A DNA stretch of 50,783 nt, filler included, from Jimgerdemannia flammicorona (lineage: Eukaryota): the NCBI GenBank assembly GCA_003990765.1. It is 2 parts of 2 records of this genome, joined end to end, with 100 filler letters (N's around TTAATTAATTAA, not from the genome) between each part and the next. Parts side by side here need not be neighbours in the genome. Positions count along the whole stretch, not along the records: positions 25,445 to 50,783 come from RBNJ01000845.1; 1 more part is not named here. The stretch is one strand, 5' to 3'. Numbering within the stretch: the first letter of the stretch is position 1; each line of letters begins with the position of its first letter. This document shows positions 47,906 to 50,783 of this stretch, in pieces. Below the pieces are notes generated by a model. The model was given only the letters and a program-made list of their open reading frames with translations. It had not been told where the DNA came from and did no database searches. The position numbers were made by a program, and so were the translations under genes.

Positions 47906-50640
47906 TGTTGAGATTACAGATTACAACTTGATATAGCACTCGATATAGATAATTTGTGGTGCAGTGGTATTGGGGTGATATCATCAATAATTGTATAAAA
48001 GCATGTAACATTAGGTGATCAATAAATATTCTTCTTCTCCCATCCTTCCTATTCCTCCTGAGTTCACAATAAAGGTTATGAGCCCCACTAGTGAAAGCAG
48101 ATAATATATACACCTCTTTAGTATATACTATACTACAATGTATGAAGATATCAAACCCAGGAAGCCCAAGCTCAAGTGCTGCAGCACTAAGTCTGGCAAG
48201 TAACACAAGTGGAGCGGGTACTGGCATAGATACTACAGTCCCTCCAGTGGGTACCCTGGTGATTACTTCGGTAGCAGCTATGATGATAAAAAGGATGATT
48301 TCTGTCTTTGATGGTAAGGATTACGTCATATGGGCATACCATATGAGGAACCTCTTGAAGGAATGCAGTCTAGAGGGCTACTGGAAGCCACAGGCTCAAG
48401 TAATGGGATACGATACAGCAAAGGATCGCAAGACATTGAGGGAGATCATGTTCACTCTATCGAATGAGCAAATGAAACTCATTATGAATGCTATGATAGC
48501 AAATGAAGCCTGGGAGACCCTACATGATTATCATCAACAAGCATCTGCATCTAACAGATTCCACCTGAAGAGATAGTTATTCAATCTACAGAAGAAGCCC
48601 AAGGAGAGTATTCAAGAGATGCCAACCATATCAATGATCTGATGAATCAGGTGAATTCTTTTTCTATACTGGCAGACCTCATCAGGGAGGAAGACAAGGT
48701 CCTAGCCCTTATACAAGACCTTCCCAATATGTTTAATATGGTCATATCTGCTATACAGAAATCTGATAAGCTCTCAGACTATAAGCATATCATCACAAGC
48801 CTATTAAATGATGAATTGAGGCAGAACAATGGTGCAAATGAAGACTACGATGAGAAAGCATTCTATGGCACATGTGGTCAAGACAAAGGAAAGTCAAGCA
48901 AAGGACAAGGACAACATGATGGTCAATATGCTAAATTCAGTGGTAAGTGTTTCTACTGTGATAAGCCGAAAGAAAAGGAAGACCAACATGGTCAAGCGAA
49001 CGTCATGGACACCAACAATCAAGGTGGCGATAGAATGTTTTTCGTAGAGATGGAGAGCTGCTAACATACTGATATAAGCTATATGCCTGACAGTGCTAAT
49101 GTATGCAGCGAAGAAGTTTGGCTCATAGATTCCAGTGCAATACAATATATGATGGCACACCACAAATAGTTCTCTATATGCGAGAAGTTCGAGCATCCCA
49201 TACCTATTAAGCTAGGTGATAACAATGTGATCTATGCTCAGGGCAAAGGAAATATCAGTATACATCTGCATGAAAAGGTCAAAGAACTCTCAGACACCTT
49301 TGCGGACATACTATATACTCTGGATATAGGCAAAAATCTCTTCTCAATAGGACGAATGTTAGTCTGAGGAGACAAAGGAGTAAACATATGCCTGAATAGA
49401 GTAATGATAATCAATCTAAAGAACAATAAGAAATTAATATATATGTCAAAAAGAGAAAATCTTTATGCAATTGATGGTATGCTGAATGGTACATTAGTAT
49501 ATTCCGCAATAACAAATGACACCTAGTGTATATGGTATAAATGATTAGGATACATTGGCCAGACAAGCTTAGAACAGATGATGAGGAATAGCTCAGTGAA
49601 AGAATTGCCAAACTATACATCTCTGAACTTCTTTTACGATGACTGCGTGGTGAATAAGGCTTCTCAGAAATCTTTTCAGGAATAGATGAAGTGAGCAAAT
49701 GGTATACTCAACCTTATATATGTATATGGACATTTGCAGTCCCATGCATACATCATCACACTCTGAGAAGAAGTACTTCATTACTTTCATAGACGACTAT
49801 ACTCGTAAGGTCCATATATACTTCCTCTCTGCAAAGAGCAAAGTATTCGAGAAATTCAAAGAATTTAAGGCAAGCATGGAGAATGATATGAAATGTCAGA
49901 TAGGGATGCTATGCTTAGATAATGAGACAGAATACATAAATAAGTCCTTTAAACATTTTTTAAAAGAGTATGGAATATGACATATTAGAACGGCTTTCTA
50001 TACACTGCAACAAAATAGCATGGCAGAATGGTTCAATCGAATGATCGTTGAGATGGTCCAAATGATGATGAATACAGCTGGCCTACTGCAATCCTTCTGG
50101 GCTGAAGCATTGAACACAGCAGTATATATACATAATCGATATATTTCTCAAGCCTTATGTAAAGAGAGTGATATACAGTCTAAGGATGATAACCTTATAC
50201 CTGAAGAACTGTAGAGCAGATCCAAGCCCGATGTCTCACACTTATGGACATTTGGAAGCAAGGCTTATGTATTGGATAAAAGAGAAAATAGAGGAAAATT
50301 CGAGCCTAAGGCAGATAAGCATATATTCCTTGGATATGACAGATCAGCATATAGGCTGTAGAATATGCAAAAGCATGGTATAATCATTTCTCACAACATT
50401 CAGTTCAAAGAGAAAGCAAAGGAAATTTGCATGGAAATTCCTATATCTGTAACCAATCTAATAGTAAGTAGAATTATACCAATGGTGAGCACAAATACTA
50501 TACTAATGATTCCAGCAATAGTGACACAACTAATGCCTATGAGATCAACAGTACAAGCCAACATCTTTCTCCAGTAATATTCAGGTTATACAATCTTTTA
50601 GCAACACTTTCGACGCAGTTTCTGAAGACTAGCTACTAGT
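47906..50640 (+). mobile_element. Ty1/copia element (5' LTR, gag, PR, integrase), degenerate; RT not reached in the window
   Basis: Short LTR TGTTG...CAATA at 47906-48071 and PBS GGTTATGAGCCC. Gag FDGKDYVIWAYHMRNLL, Zn-knuckle remnant CFYCDKP, PR WLIDSSA, IN DICSPM..KYFITFIDDYTR..LDNETEY..QQNSMAEWFNR..FWAEALNTAVY. Right end approximate. Confidence 0.92.
48074..48086 (+). promoter_or_regulatory. Primer-binding site of the copia/Ty5 half-tRNA(iMet) type
   Basis: GGTTATGAGCCCC lies 2 nt after the LTR and lacks the usual TGG. It resembles the copia and Ty5 PBS, which pairs with the anticodon arm of initiator tRNA-Met. Confidence 0.75.
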
Positions 50641-50783
50641 ATCATGGCTACCGACGAGAATCCTGAGGTGTGTACTGGGCAGGGTGGCCCTGGAGCATTT
50701 GGATGGCAGCATGTGGGGAGAGGACCTGGCTTGGGGGGAAGCATGAGGGGCCTGCTGGTGGGAGGACATGGTGGAGGAGGAGG

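Overview
Eukaryotic, intron-rich fungal-type DNA in two very different halves, separated by an artificial scaffold spacer (N44-TTAATTAATTAA-N44, 25345-25444). An early-diverging lineage such as Mucoromycota/Endogonales is my inference, not established. The left half (1-25344) is a gene-dense, CpG-rich region containing the 3' end of a tail-anchored protein (probably cytochrome b5), an Artemis/DCLRE1C nuclease, a membrane-anchored SAM methyltransferase, a SNAPC4/SNAP190-like Myb protein, an intronless TPR-SEL1-TPR-MYND protein, an orphan ORF, an SLC35-type transporter and a cytochrome P450. The right half (25445-50783) is a nest of dead retroelements. An old minus-strand Ty1/copia is interrupted by a full-length L1-clade LINE and by a Ty3/gypsy element (TSD CTAT), and that gypsy carries a younger relative (TSD ATAC) in its RNase H. 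A second copia follows. The main points of interest are in the gypsy family, and each is shared by both copies. It has three overlapping ORFs: gag-PR-dUTPase-RT-RH, a separate integrase ORF, and an unrecognised 153-codon ORF3. Its LTRs carry arrays of GACA...TGTC palindromes. In addition, the repeats show an almost pure C:G->T:A mutation spectrum at CpG and CpA, resembling RIP. All coordinates and counts were read by eye.
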